Source of the DNA: Eledone cirrhosa
Taxonomy: Eukaryota
Reading direction: 5' to 3'
NCBI GenBank assembly: GCA_964016885.1
Contig: OZ024740.1
Coordinates: 392,770,001 to 392,834,000 of the forward strand
DNA: 64,000 nucleotides
Numbering within the stretch: position 1 is the first letter of the stretch; the number at the start of each line of letters is the position of its first letter. A program made the translations under genes and the position numbers. This document shows positions 41,589 through 58,770 of the stretch, one piece after another. The notes beneath the pieces are model-generated. The model made no database searches. It was not told where the DNA came from and saw nothing but the letters and a program-made list of their open reading frames with translations.

Positions 41589-44487
41589 GACATTCATGTA
41601 TACATCGCTATTTCAGACCACTAATACTAATATATATATATATATATTTGGCGTGTGTGTATATATGTGTGTAGGAAAGTGGTTCTATTAGTAGAAATGG
41701 AGGAGGGAGTTGTGGGTGTGGGGGTTGTTATGTGTGTGTATGGGTGTTATGTGTGTGGGAGTATGGTTAGCATGTTTAGATGAAGAGAATATATATATAT
41801 ATTGTGTGTGTGTAGGAAAATGATTCCTTTAGTAGGAATATTTTTGAATGAACATATTTTCCTTACTTATTCGTATTTGTTCTGTTGTATTGTCAGTGCA
41901 AACGTATGTTAAGGTTTATTTAGTTCGGGTTTTTATTTTGTAAAGTAGAAGGTGTTATGTGTGTGTGTGTATGTCATATTATGGTGTTGACATAATGTAT
42001 ATTAAACCATATTTAATGCTGGTCTATATTTTTGAATAAACATATTTTCCTTATTTATTCGTATTTGTTCTGTTGTATTGTTAGCGCAAAGGTAAAATGG
42101 GAAGACTTGGAATTTGGGTGTCTTATTACTTGCGCAAATGTCTAGATGTGCACTTAGTGGTATCTGTCTCGTGGTTGGATCTCGTAATTGTTGGCGATGA
42201 ACTGTCATTCTGTTTCTGAGTGTGAGTTTAGTTTGTCCTATATAATCTTCATTGCATCCTTTACATTTAATGGCATAAATTAGATTTTTTGATGAGCAAG
42301 TGAAGTGATTTTTTACAGTAAAATTTTGTCCTGATTTAAATGTATACGTGTTGCCTTCAATGAGGTGAGTGCAGGTTCCACAATTAGAGCGACCACATTT
42401 TTAATAGGCTACAGAATGGATTTCCAAATAAGGGCGCGAAAATTTAATGAAAACTTGTTCACGTGACAGCCATAATTTCATTTATAACCAACAAAAAAAA
42501 AAAAAGCCTTCGTGAGCCCCTTTTTTCAAGTAAAAAGAAATTCAAACACTCATATATGAAAAAACAACCTGTGACAACCCCCCTCTTATTTGAAGAACTA
42601 TTGTAACGCGAACTGGCGCGAAATTTATTATAATTATTGACCAACCAATCAAATTACTTCTCGAAAAATCTGGCATTTCGAGCCACTTTTTCCATATAAA
42701 ACAAGTAACATTCAGAGACCAACCAGATGTGAGAAAAACCACAGACCCTCCATCTCAACTTTGAAAAGCAGAAGAACTGCGAAACCGGTAAAGGAACAAA
42801 ATAAATATATATATTTAAAAAAAAAAAAAATAAGACTCCAGTTGCATTTTCGATTTCATCTCTTTTTCTTTATACTTTCACTCGTGTAGGACACCTCGGT
42901 TATTTTTCAATTTGTAAAAAAAACCTCACATTCTAATATATACCCACCACACGAAGACCGAAAATGCCACCAAAGTCTCAACAAAACAACAACTCACTGA
43001 ACCAGGACATCTTAAATGAACTCAAAGAGATTTCCTCTAAACTCTCAATTTTGACCAACAAAGTGGACCAAATACACATCTATAAAAAAGGACCCCACGA
43101 AGAAACAGAAAATACTCAAGAGACGAATATTACTCCAGTATTAACTAAGCTAATCGAAACCATTGAAACAGCAATGCTCCAAAAGCTGGAACAACCGTTA
43201 GAACCCAATCTACGAGATGTCCACTCAGTGAAAAACACCCTATTCAACATATGGACTCAAAAGCTCACAGCCCGCAAATTCGCCCTTTGGAATCTCCTAA
43301 AAAATAATGGCAAGGCAAACATATATGAAAAGTGGCTAAACTCTACCCCAGTCATCCCCCCCAAAAAACTCCAAATAAAACCCATCCCGAATGAACCAGA
43401 AAACCAACAAAGACTTAGGGAAAAGATGGCGTTGGAAAAATTTAAAACAGAAATAGAACTGTTGCGATTAAGAGCCAACTCCAACGAAGAAAAATTCAAG
43501 TCACTCGACCAACAGATGGACACAGAAATCTCAAAGCACTCTGAAGGCCTACTCTACAAAAAAACCCCTAAAACTTTGGAAAGAAAACTGTGAGGATGAA
43601 GAACAAACATCCCTCCAGCAATGGGAAAAAAAACGCCACCTGGTTCAACAACTACGAAATGGACTTCAAAAATGAACAACATACAGGTAACCCATTTTTA
43701 AAACAAACTAAAACTCACACACCACATGCACAACAAATAACAAAAAAAGTAACAAAACGTCCAACATACCCACAGCAAAACTATAACGATAATCCCAGAA
43801 ACCATAGACAAAACTATAACCCTACTAACAAAAACCAAAGATCCCCGAACACAAGGCAGGACCTGATCCGCAAATAACAACCCACACAAAAGCTATTCCA
43901 AAACCGTAGACCCCTGCCCACACAGAGCCTGTTCCAAAACCGTAGATCCCAACCCACACAAAGGAACAAAATCTACAATCCGGACTATCAACAAACCGAA
44001 CCTCAATACGTCCGAAACTTCTATACAAGACAACACAACAACAGGGGAAATACCATTAGATATAATAATACCATTGAAAAAACATTCCAGAAAAATCATT
44101 TTTTAGACCAAGGCTACAGGACTCACGACACCCGGTGACACAAACCGATTTTGAAAAACCGAAAATAATTAACCTTTCAAATACAAACCTCTCAGCCCAA
44201 CAAGTAAAAATTCTCCCCAAGGACTGAAATTCACACCAACACCACAATACTCTAACCCCAATGAGATAAATGACGATATCTCACACTTCTATAGAAAATT
44301 ACGTCTCACAGAGGAATTCTTTGACAAGGAGAATAACGACGAATCAATTGTACGGAATAAAAGCAGCTACAACCCAACAACAGGTCGAAATAGAGTTCTG
44401 TAGACATTTTGTGACCACATAGCTACCTTCGCATACCATGAACTACCGCAACCTAAACCCAAACCCAACACGAGTCGAAGGGAATGG

Positions 44488-46365
44488 GTGATTATCCATG
44501 AACTAAAAAACAATGTGGACATTATGGAGGCTGAAAAATATAAAAATTCTATGTTCTCTCTCTTACAAAATACTAATTACTATGAAAGAGTAAAAAACTA
44601 CCAGCAATCAAAAATAATGACCAGATTAAACACACTGATTTATCGATACCAGGAAGACCTAACTAAAAAGGAACGCGATTATTTAACAAATTTTGAATAC
44701 AAAATCAGTAACCTTTACGGACTTCCGAAGATTCACAAGTGTAAAATAATCAACGATGCCTGTAAACAATCCAACTCAGCCTGCGTGAACACACAATACC
44801 CCACAGACCTTAAATTAAGACCAATTGTAGCGGGCCCACAATGTGAAACACACAGACTGAGCAACTTTATAGACATACTACTGAAACCAATTCTCAAACA
44901 CATACCAAGCCTTGTAAGAAACGATCTGGACCTCTTAAGCCACCTTCTCAAACATGTCAACAACGACACTATTATTGTGTCTTTCGATGTAGTGAATCTC
45001 TACACAACGATACCACACCAATACGGACTAGAAGCAATAGGATTCTGGCTAGAGAAATATCCCAATGAGATACCTGACAGAATAGAAAAAAGCTTCATCA
45101 CCGAGGGATTAAAATTCATCTTACAGAACAACTTTTTTGATTTCGATGGCAATACTTACAAGCAAATATCGGGGACTGCGATGGGTACAAAAGCCGCTCC
45201 AACTTATGCCAACTTAGTCATGGCATACTTAGAAGTCCAGATATATGAACAGTCCAAATCAAAATACGGATTGAACTTCCACAAATATTTATCAGAGAAT
45301 TGGAAACACTACTTGGATGATTGTCTCATTCTTTGGTCCCACACACTCGACCAACTGAAGGATTTCAAAAACTTAATAAACGGCATCAATAACCACATCC
45401 AATTCACAATGGAATACAGCCAAGATCAACTCCCATTTCTGGACATCTTAATCTTAAAAAAAGACACAAATATCGAAACTGACATACACTACAAACCAAC
45501 AGATTCCAAACAATATCTGCTATTCACCTCCAACCATCCAAAGCACACGAAGACGAACATTCCTTTTAACCTAGCAAGAAGAATTTGCACAATTGTCTCC
45601 AATTATGAAACGCGAAATAAAAGACTTCAAGAATTAAAGGAAATTCTACTCGATAGAGAGTACCCACTATTACTAATAAATAATGGAATAGAAAGGGCTA
45701 AAGCAATAGGCATTGATGAATTACGGAAACAGAAACAAATTCAAGGTACGTCCAATATTCTATCATATATCTCAACACACAACCCAAGAAATGCGGAAGC
45801 TTACAACACTATTCACAAGAACATCCCACTACTAAAACAAAACCCAAGAATGAAAAAAGCCCTTGAAACACACAAAATAATCAAAAGCAAAAGACAACCA
45901 AAATCACTGAAAACATTACTCACCAATGCCAAATTACCTACCACAAACCCACAACCAAGTATTAAAAAATGTGGTCGCTCTAATTGTGGAACCTGCACTC
46001 ACCTCATTGAAGGCAACACGTATACATTTAAATCAGGACAAAATTTTACTGTAAAAAATCACTTCACTTGCTCATCAAAAAATCTAATTTATGCCATTAA
46101 ATGTAAAGGATGCAATGAAGATTATATAGGACAAACTAAACTCACACTCAGAAACAGAATGACAGTTCATCGCCAACAATTACGAGATCCAACCACGAGA
46201 CAGATACCACTAAGTGCACATCTAGACATTTGCGCAAGTAATAAGACACCCAAATTCCAAGTCTTCCCATTTTACCTTTGCGCTAACAATACAACAGAAC
46301 AAATACGAATAAATAAGGAAAATATGTTTATTCAAAAATATAGACCAGCATTAAATATGGTTTAA
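44488..46365 (+). pseudogene. Penelope-like RT plus GIY-YIG endonuclease ORF (625 aa open; N-terminal part 42964-44487 has frameshifts and stops)
   Basis: LYGLPKIHK, LRPIV, SFDVVNLYT, GTAMG, YLDD, LPFLD, YKPT, CGRSNCGTC linker, NLIYAIKC..C...YIGQT...RMTVHR. Confidence 0.93.
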
Positions 46366-46824
46366 TATACATTATGTCAACACCATAATATGACATACAC
46401 ACACACACATAACACCTTCTACTTTACAAAATAAAAACCCGAACTAAATAAACCTTAACATACGTTTGCACTGACAATACAACAGAACAAATACGAATAA
46501 GTAAGGAAAATATGTTCATTCAAAAATATTCCTACTAAAGGAATCATTTTCCTACACACACACAATATATATATATATTCTCTTCATCTTAACATGCTAA
46601 CCATACTCCCACACACATAACACCCATACACACACATAACAACCCCCACACCCACAACTCCCTCCCCCATTTCTACTAATAAAACCACTTTCCTACACAC
46701 ATATATACACACACGCCAAATATATATTCTCTCCATCTTAACATACTCGCACACACACACATAACACCCATATACACACACACACAACTCTCTCGCCCAT
46801 TTCTACTAATAGAATCATCTTCCA

Positions 46825-46906
<82 letters not shown>

Positions 46907-47766
46907 ACAAGCACACAAATAAACATACATATCTTTACTTCAATAGAAAATCTGAACTCTGACACCCCAGCGAACTAACCATATTCACTGAACCAGAACA
47001 ATTCTCCCATCCCATTTCTCTTGACCACTATCTTTTCCTTGTCATAACATTCTCTATAAAGGCTACAGAATAGATTTCCAAATAAGGGCACGAAATGTAA
47101 TGAAAACTTGTTCACGTGACAGCCAAATTTCATTTATAACCAATCAAATCATGTTTATTAAAAAAAAGCCTTCGTGAGCCAACTTTTTTTTAAGTAAAGA
47201 AATTCAAACACACACACACAACACACACACACACACACGCACACACACACAAGCACACAAATAAACATACATATCTTTACTTTCTTTATTCAATAGAAAA
47301 TCTGAATTCTGACACCCCATCGAACTAACCATATTCACTGAACCAGAACAATTCTCCCATCCCATTTCTCTTGACCATTATCTTTCACTTATCATAAAAT
47401 TTTCTAAAAAGGCTACAGAATGGATTTCTAAATAAGGGCGCGAAAATTTAATGAAAACTTGTTCACGCGACAGCCATAATTTCATTTATAATCAACCAAA
47501 AAAAAGCCTTCGTGAGCCCCTTTTTTCAAGTAAAAAGAAATTCAAACACTCATATATGAAAAAACAACCTGTGACAACCCCCTCCCTCTTATATGAAGAA
47601 CTATTGTAACGCGAACTGGCGCGAAATTTATTATAATTATTGACAAACCAATCAAATTACTTCTCGAAAAACCTGGCATTTCGAGCCACTTTTTCCATAT
47701 AAAACAAGTAACATTCAGAGACCAACCAGATGTGAGAAAAACCACAGACCCTCCATCTCACCTCTA

Positions 47767-47802
47767 CTTTTGAAAAGCAGAAGAACTGCGAAACCGGTAA
47801 AG
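47767..47802 (+). ncRNA. Penelope pLTR hammerhead, U3-A8 core variant (second copy at 42759-42793)
   Basis: CUU UUGAAAA GCAG aagaa CUGC GAAA CCGG U A AAG. Confidence 0.65.
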
Positions 47803-47872
47803 GAACCAAATAAACATATATATTTAAAAAAAAAATAAGACTCCAGTTGCATTTTCGATTTCATCTCTTTTT

Positions 47873-47981
<109 letters not shown>

Positions 47982-48330
47982 ATGTTTCTGTTTGTGTTTG
48001 TGTGTGTGTAATACATATGACTGAAAGAGAGACGTTTCATGTTTGGTTTATTATTTCACATGAGAATTTTGTCATGATATATAATATATGTACATGCCAG
48101 CAAATTATTAATTAATTATCCAATCAGAATAACTTCAGAACTATCATCAAATTCTCTCACCTTTATAAGACTATCTGTGGACAAGCAAAATAAAGTGCTT
48201 TATCAAAAAACACTAGATGATGACTGTCACAAAGAGTTGTAATCTGAACACGTACAAATAGTCATTACCCGGCGTGTTTTTATCTTCGGGATATTTCGTA
48301 CGTATCGGCAGCTATTATCGTTGATTATGT

Positions 48331-48552
48331 CGGTGGATTGGCAGTATCAGTAGAGGGTCGGACGCCATGCTTTGCAGCATAGAGTTACGTCTCTTTATGA
48401 TCTGAGTTCAAATCCAGCTGAGGTTAACTTTGCCTTTCATCCTTACGGGATCGATAAGATAAAGTACCAGTCACGCACTGGGGTCGTATTGATCGACTTC
48501 CCCTCCCCCAAAATTGCTGGCTTTGTGCCTATATAAGAAACCATTATTATTA
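48331..48552 (+). mobile_element. Full-length tRNA-derived SINE
   Basis: Boxes A and B, body and (att)n tail as in 9516-9725. Confidence 0.87.
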
Positions 48553-48744
48553 TTAAACTTACAAACATTTTGAAAAGTAGCAGGGATCTATAGGTTGTTT
48601 GCAGTTTGAAGTGAATTCATATTCTTGGCTACATCGAAGGTGATGGTCCCTAAATTGATCGTGTTCAAGTGCCCTTTATATTTTAATAATGTTTTAACAC
48701 CGAAATATCTTTACAGTCAGTGATTAAGTATATTTTAATATTAC

Positions 48745-48864
48745 CTTTAGAATATCAAGATACCTATTCTCTATTGAAATGCTCATTTGAATTTTCTTTG
48801 AACGGTGTGTCTTTAGTTTCTTAAAAGAACAAGTGATGTTAGTGCATGTCATCCAACTGCAATC
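48745..48864 (-). CDS. Integrin alpha exon (calf-2): DCSWMTCTNITCSFKKLKTHRSKKIQMSISIENRYLDILK
   Basis: C....C..I.C calf-2 cysteine pattern; tttcAG and GTAA sites; 120 nt. Confidence 0.88.
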
Positions 48865-49004
48865 CTGAAAGCATCCAAAACAAAAGAAAATAATAACGTT
48901 TTTATGTTAAATAAATGCATATAAGTTGATTAAAAGTAGGTTCACGATTGAATAACTAAACCACCGAATATAATTATAGACTAACGATTACCTACTTTAA
49001 TGAT

Positions 49005-49072
<68 letters not shown>

Positions 49073-50921
49073 TTTTTTATTATCAAACTGTTTTTGATAT
49101 TTATTTTTTCTAAATTCAGGTTCATTCTCTAAAAAGTGCGAAATAAAAATTTTTATTTTAACATCATCGATTTAAGTATTTTGAACTAAAATGGTGTCTC
49201 TCAGTTCTGTTTAACTAAAGAATGCTACTGCCACCAAAGCCACTTGAAACAAGTTCTACAAGATATTTCTTTATTACATAGACATAAGATTAATTGATTT
49301 AGAGGAACTTGGTATATTTAACTAGATGATGGAAAAAATAAAAATAAAGTGGCCTGACAGGAGAACTCAACGAATTTAACCAATTTGTTTATCTTATCTT
49401 TATTATGCTTTTCAGTGAAGACATGAAGTTATGAAATTGACAGAGCTGACAACGATTAGTGTTTCATTGTCTGCCTTGCCGAGTGTCTATCGTAAATACT
49501 TTGTTTGAACAGCTTGTTTTATAATTCCAGCGAGTTTCGATCTCAGTACGTAGAGATACGAATGAAAATGAATTTAGTGCAGCGTTCTACTGTTTATCAT
49601 AACTCATAACTATATGTGACACTTCTTTCTTACTTGGGCAAAATTAATTGTTAGAGCCCATTACAACCAACATAATATGAACCTAGTAAAAATGAAAGAC
49701 ACAATCGAATCCTGATTTGGGACATGGAAAGTAAAGGGGAAAATCAAAATATTGTTAAGTATTCAATCTGTTGTCAAACATTTCTGCTGTTATACTGCCC
49801 TCATGAATATTAAAAGCCGAAAAGTAAAATGAAAGATTTATTTATATTAATATTCAGTGAGTCAATAAAACTATCTGAATATATGACTGAAACCCAACGC
49901 TGCAGTCGACCAATGCGCCTATGTCTCAATATCAGTGTAGCCTAATGCAGTTAACTTAACTGTATCTCAACGAGAGTGTAACCCAATGTCGGTGGTACAT
50001 TTTAAACCTAATTCAGTATAGCTATCTTCAAATTGCTATGGCTTTCATCTTTGTATATTATTGTTAGTTCGTCCCAGCTGAGTTCTACGAAGTGGGTCGA
50101 ACATAAAGTTCAATGAGTGTGAACATATTTGATTTATTTATTTTTCTTCGGCAAGACTTCATCGACAGGCAATCAGCTATGACTACCACGTACATTTCTT
50201 TTCTTTCTTTTTTTTAAATAATGCATGTTTCATCTTGTGGGGTGGTTCTGTTTTAAGATGCAAGGCATTAATTGAAAAACATTCGAGTGAAAATTCTAGC
50301 AGATGAAGTCACCACGTAAAGACTCAAATGTCGGCTTATAATTAAATTGGTTGGCAGGAATAGGGATAAGGAAAGTATTTATACTATCTTAGATAAAATA
50401 AAATTTATATATAGTAATCAACCGATACACGAATCAACACTTTATACAGTAAGTGAACCATTACATGAACCTGCATAGTAGGAATATATACTTCTCATAA
50501 TATCGAATAGACATGATGCGAGAATAATAGATTTGCTTTAATATACACTCTCATAATACATATACTTTATTCTCAAATACGCTGTGTTAGTATCACCACT
50601 AATTAGTATTAACGCGTTAAGACTATACTATTTGTAAAGGAGCTATAAGGATACATTATTTACAAAATCTATATAGCAAGATTCTTGCTGATACCTGATT
50701 CGAAATGAAATCAAGGTGGTGAATATAAAGGTAGTTGTGATCTAATCACATGTTAAAATACTTAGCATGATTGTATGTTTATTATACATAAACGCTTTTA
50801 TACTCTCGTAAAAGGTCTCATATTTCGAATGTGGTTTCTCGTAATGAAAAATAGAAAAAGCTATAAATGTGGTCTTAAGTTTTATTTCGTATATATATTT
50901 TTTGTATGCTTAAATACTTAC

Positions 50922-51035
50922 ATAAACGCTTGCATTTAATATATGTTTATTAATCTTCTGTAGATTCTCTTCAGAATAATCTGTTGTTATTGTTGTGCAC
51001 ACATCATTGCTATTTTTATCGTGTAATCCATCATA
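50922..51035 (-). CDS. Probable integrin alpha exon (calf-2 loop): YDGLHDKNSNDVCTTITTDYSEENLQKINKHILNASVY
   Basis: Strong GTAAGT donor; open 114-nt phase 0-0 frame with the expected Cys; the gaAG acceptor is weak, so the 5' boundary is uncertain. Confidence 0.6.
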
Positions 51036-51418
51036 CTTCATTGTTGATTAAAAAAGATTTAAAAAATGAATAAATAGAATGTATCAAATAATCAATACAT
51101 CATAATAATCATCAACATTGTCATTTAATAAAGAAATAATTAGTTTGTTTTGTTGTTTTTCTGGCCTTAGTAAATATACTGAAAAGCATCACAGATGTAT
51201 TTATTACAATAAAATTTGTCAGTTTTCTATTAAATTTGAAGTCATAAAGTTACATGTATGTTTAAAGGCTTTCAAGATGTGTTCTTGGCGGTATTTTACG
51301 TTAAAACATCATACTAGAATAAATATTCATAAAACAATTTAATTTCAATCTAACATTAGCGGGATTTTAAAAATATATACATATATAATATATATATATA
51401 ATATATATATATATATAT

Positions 51419-53487
<2,069 letters not shown>

Positions 53488-54959
53488 GAAATTAGCAGCT
53501 GAAATTAATATTGGAGAATTTTATGCAATTTACTTGTTAATATTAAAATATTGTTTGGCAGAGTTTTTTGCGCATCGGACAAATATTGCGGTATTTATGT
53601 TCCGAGTTCAAATCTCACCGAAGTTCATTTTGTATTTCCAGTCAAATCATGTTGTCCGTTCCCTATCCTCGAAATCTCAGTACAAACTAATGTTATAAAA
53701 TTACAAGGATTTCTTTCATAGGTATAAGACTTCACATTTCAAGATTGGGTATTTTCAATTAAATCGCCTTTAGTATTTCACTAATACTTTATAGAGCCCA
53801 GACGGATGAAGGGCAAAGTTGACCTCAGGGAGATTTGAACTCAAAACTTAAAGCGTCGTTCCTAACTCACTTCGTTGATTCTTTATTTTGTCGGCTCCGG
53901 AAGGATAAAATTTCGAGTTGATCATGGTGGGATATAAACTCAAAAATTTAAGAATCCTGAACAAATTCTGCAATAAATTTTGTCCAAAGCTAATGATTCC
54001 GCCACTTAAAATTTATTGAATATATGAAAAGTTACTTCAAATGGGTATTAAAAAACGAAAACCGTCTTTGGATACTAAGAATTTTGATTAACATAATTTA
54101 AATTGAAAATTTTCAAAAGCTACTTTACACGTATGTTCAAGTTGAACATAAACCGCAATGATCTCTGGGAAGAGCAACGAATATTATGAACATACTTCGT
54201 TCATAACTAAAGCATAGAAAACATTTTTCAAGGCGCATCCGATACTTGCTTCTTATCGTGATCCATACTATATCTGTTTACCCCATTTCGAAAACATACT
54301 GAATTCTTCTTTCACATAGTACTAATTAATTCAGAAATTCCTTCATGCAAGCGTTTTGACTGCAGATGTAGACGTACATATGCTCAAACTCAACATGAAC
54401 TGCATGGATGCCACTAGTTTGAGAGGACCCGAAGACGTTGTAAGGTACAGTCCCTGAATTTTTGTGACTCATTGCGTCGTAGGAGCACCACTGAAGACTT
54501 CATGTAGAGGATCTAGAGCAATCCACCTCATTCTTCTCTAATTATAGTATTTCAAAGTCAGTATTTCAAATGAACGAAACTCTCGTGAATTGTTCAAACC
54601 CCACGTTAGCCATGATGAAGCAGATCTATGGTAAGAAGCATTCAAGTTGAGACCACTTTTCAATAATGCAGTAAACGTAGGAAAATATTATCTAATATCT
54701 CTTTTTCCGAGACATTTGCATATGATATGAGGAAGATTTCGCAATCATTTCACACATACATGCACTCACACTTCTTTTTTTTTAATTTAAAATATCTATT
54801 TATCAGTTGTCTTAGAAATAATATATATGTGTATCATAGATCATATCATTGTAATCGTTCAATAGTTACAGAGTTATATACATAGACCACAGCAAAATGA
54901 TATTATGTATAAAACATAAATGAAAAAAAAAAAATAGGATCAAATTTCAACAGCGTTAC

Positions 54960-55137
54960 CTGCAATGAATCGAGGGTCATAATGGTTATATTTCGCATTT
55001 TCAGATATGGTACTAATGCATGCAATACAAGGTTTCGTGATTCACTTGGTCCAGTGTTTTCTAAGATAAATGAGTGGCGTATCTCAGTTGTTCCATAATC
55101 GCTACCCTTGTGGACATGAAGATCAGTCTCAGAGAAT
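54960..55137 (-). CDS. Integrin alpha exon (calf-2): FSETDLHVHKGSDYGTTEIRHSFILENTGPSESRNLVLHALVPY...LDSLQ
   Basis: H.F...N.GPS calf-2 motif; ttacAG and GTAAC sites. Confidence 0.92.
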
Positions 55138-56293
55138 CTGTAAAAGAAAAAGTTCAATATAGTTTGCTTGCTGGGGAGGAAGTTTTGTTTATATTTATAT
55201 ATTTATATTATTATTTTTTGCTTTAGTATCAGAACAGATGAGTAAAAGAGACACAAATAAAGAATGTATGTATGGATCCGTAATCACTGGTATACGGTGT
55301 TTCATGGATATTATAAATCTGGTGGAGTCCATCCCCTCTCCAAGTCTAAACACAGTCGATTCCTTCCAGAGAGAGAAACACAGAGAGGGAGAGGGTAGTA
55401 TAGTGTGTCGTTAAATTGCAATGCTCTGTTAAAGCTAATTTATAGGTGACAGTTATGGCAGAGATGTGAAATTGAATAACAATGTTTATATCTCCATCTC
55501 AATAAAAATGATTTTGTATTGATAATTTCCTCGTGTTTTACTGTAAGAATTAAGCTCCTAACGAGTCTATAATACCGTGCAGATTCAATATCCAGTCGAA
55601 ACCATTTTATTTCTCTTATACACTTGTTCCATTTACAATTTTATTTCATTTAATACTCATTTCATCCACTCTATTATTTCATCCAACACTCTTTGGAAAG
55701 GTATGCATGTCAAAGATCTATCATCATCCTAAAATATAGGATTTTGTATCTATTATAAAAGAAACCGATATTATACGGCATTTTATCCGTTTCTCATTAC
55801 CTAGGGATTTATATTTATTTATTTCGTCATGATACATTGCTTCGTGATCAAAACTAGATTGATATGACTGAAAAAATGAGGAATTTAAAGAAATCTATCT
55901 TCTGTTGGAAAATTTAGGGAAATTTACCAAATCATTTGCATCAACTAGGAGAAAGAAAGTAACACAGTAAATTGGAAAGCGTGATAATACGCAATTTGCC
56001 AGAATATAGCATGTATTATTTCTTTCCCCAGTGTACAAGAATATTTACAGATTTTTAAAAAAAATCAATAAATGAAATTCTGCAGATTATTCTGAAGAGA
56101 CCATTTTATAATCTTAGTATCTTAAATGTATCGTGTATGAATTTCTGTGGCCAGCAAATGACAAAAGCACCACAGGACATCTTTAGATTCAAATATTTCG
56201 TTTATTGCATAGCAAAGGTGACGATGCCAATAGAGTTGGACGACTTTATGTATAATACTTGATAATAATATATGAATTGATAAGAATATATAC

Positions 56294-56425
56294 CCAAAAA
56301 GCTTCAGCACAGATTTCATCTTTACAGGAATTGTAAGAAAGACTGTTTCATTCAAATATTTTATTGGAACATTACTGTCAGTTGTGACTGACATATTCAT
56401 CTGAAGGTCTTTTGGTATTGGTGTC
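56294..56425 (-). CDS. Integrin alpha exon (calf-1 end): TPIPKDLQMNMSVTTDSNVPIKYLNETVFLTIPVKMKSVLKLF
   Basis: gtAG acceptor and GTATA donor; phase 2-2, matching both neighbours. Confidence 0.82.
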
Positions 56426-57347
56426 CTACGAATTATACAAAACAGCTATAAACATTACGATATTTATATGCAAATAAAATATACTTGTAGCATTTAACAC
56501 AGATGAAAAATATACAGATCATGTGGATGTAGCTAAAACTTAACCAGCTCTTAGGCTGCTAGTTTCCATTCCATCAAAAGAGTTTCTCTGCGAAAAAAGG
56601 TAATTATGTTTGCCCCCACCTAAAAGATTGACAACATTAAAGTTAGTGAGGGCTAAATATTCTCACCTAGATTGCTGCAGTGAGAATGTGGCTAAACACC
56701 AGATGCTAGTCACTTATTGAACCTCTGTTTAGTTGAAAACTCTTTGCTCAACAACATCGTTACTAAAACTTATTTTATGAGCCAGTTTTGTCAGAATCAC
56801 CTATTTACTTGACCCTGCGTGCTACTGGTATTTGTTTTATTGATTCATGGCAGCAATGCTTATGCGGTTATGACTTGAAATCTAATTTATCATAATTGAC
56901 TCTCTCATAACAAAACATAAGGTTATGAACTTTTATTAGCATTTCATTGTCTAGACGGTAATTGTTTTTTCAAGTTAACATATTTAAATATCATATTTTA
57001 ATACTTTTTAACACAATACATATTCTGATCTAGCAGAGCCCAGGTTTTGATTCTAAATTTCTATCAGTATTCTGAGCATTACCTCTTAATCGGCGCTTTA
57101 AAAATTGAGAAAATGCTTTCTTTAATCTGTAGTATCACTATATACTACAAACATAGTTGACTTCATTTACACACGAGTCGGTTCCGTGTAATCAACTTTC
57201 CTCCAAAATTTCTGTAGAATTTGTGTACCCAACTACATACAATTAGATGAGCACATTGCTCGGAACTTTGCATGATTTTTTTAATGTCAAATTGACATTA
57301 AAGGCTTTGAATCATATTAAAAAATTACAAGATTCTTTTTTATTTAC

Positions 57348-57685
57348 CAGTTGGCTAAAAATGTAAGAAGGAGGGTGACGCTACTTTTCTCTCTCATTGG
57401 GTATCCGAGAAAACAAGAGAGTTTGTGTTGTTTCTTTCCAGTGGAACACGTTACGTTATTGGTATTGTTCTTATATTTCCTCACAGTCACGTATTCTAGC
57501 CAGGGTGGGTAATGTATATGGGCAATAGCATTATATGCATGTTCTTCAACGTTTTCAATACTGGCCTCAATGGTGATGTATTTTCTCTCTCCACTTAAAA
57601 GTAAAGTGGAAGAAGGGCTTAAGAGCTGTAGCTTGAAGTAAGTAAGGCAAATCCCGTCCTTTCCACATAGTAAGTCGAATTTTAC
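57348..57685 (-). CDS. Integrin alpha exon (genu plus calf-1): VKFDLLCGKDGICLTYFKL...IENVEEHAYNA...LSCFLGYPM
   Basis: Genu motif F...CG.D..C; N..E.AY.A and C.LG.PM calf-1 motifs; ccAG and GTAAAT sites. Confidence 0.93.
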
Positions 57686-58090
57686 CTGGTAAATAAAATA
57701 TGGCACATGGCATCATAAGGATGATTAATCAAAGAGTTTTAATGGAACAAAAAATAGGCATTTCATTGAATACAGCATTATACTTATAGTTGAATGTAAA
57801 AGGCCATACAAAAGCTGAGTTAAAAAGACAAATATTTCATTGCTGTTGAAATAACAAAAAAAGACATTTAACTGCCGACACAAAACAGTGCAGGTCATAT
57901 AAATATTTAGAGCCATAATAACAAGAAAGCATCCACTTAATGGCTTGATCAAATAAAAATATGAACTAAACTTCTTAAAATCGCTAGTGCGAATCACCGT
58001 ATTCAGAATCAAGATTACTTGTATATATGTGCACTTCAAGTAGAGCTCTCCTCTCAGGCATTTTTACCTCTATTATTTATTGAAACCCAT

Positions 58091-58204
58091 TCTGAGTTCA
58101 AATCCCGCCGAGGTTAACTTTGCCTTTCATCCTTACGGGGTCGATAAAATAAAGTACCAGTAATACACTGGGTAATTGCTGGCCTTATGCCTAACGTAGA
58201 AACA
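58091..58204 (+). mobile_element. 5'-truncated SINE with target-site duplication
   Basis: Flanked by attatttattgaaacccat and attatttattgaaactcat. Confidence 0.85.
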
Positions 58205-58520
58205 ATTATTTATTGAAACTCATAGTCAGCACATATTCCTTCCATTCAACGTTCTTTTAGTCAAGTCACCTTGTTAAGTGAATATGGTTTTTAAGGAGGT
58301 TTAATACGATCAAAACATGCTCGTTGCTTTCGCCAAGTTAGCATAAAACAAGGGTCACACCTTGCAGATTAGGCCTGCATACATACACGCACATATATAT
58401 ATACACATATATGTGTGTATGTGTGTGCGTTGTGTTACATAGAGTGCTTTTACTACTAGTACATCACGGTTAACTAAACGGAATGACTAGTTCTATCCAT
58501 TGATGAACCTCAAAACATGT

Positions 58521-58569
<49 letters not shown>

Positions 58570-58770
58570 TTGTGGAAGGGGTCATTATTTTGTATACCAT
58601 TCATATAGATATATCTTATGTTTTATTTAATACCGTTTAAATCCATTTTTATGGGGTAAATAACTATGACTAAAACAAGTTTATGATATCAAATTGGATG
58701 GAAACATTCTTAAGAATTCCTTGTTACTTCTAGAAATATTAGGTTGTAATGCCAAGAAGAATACACTTAC

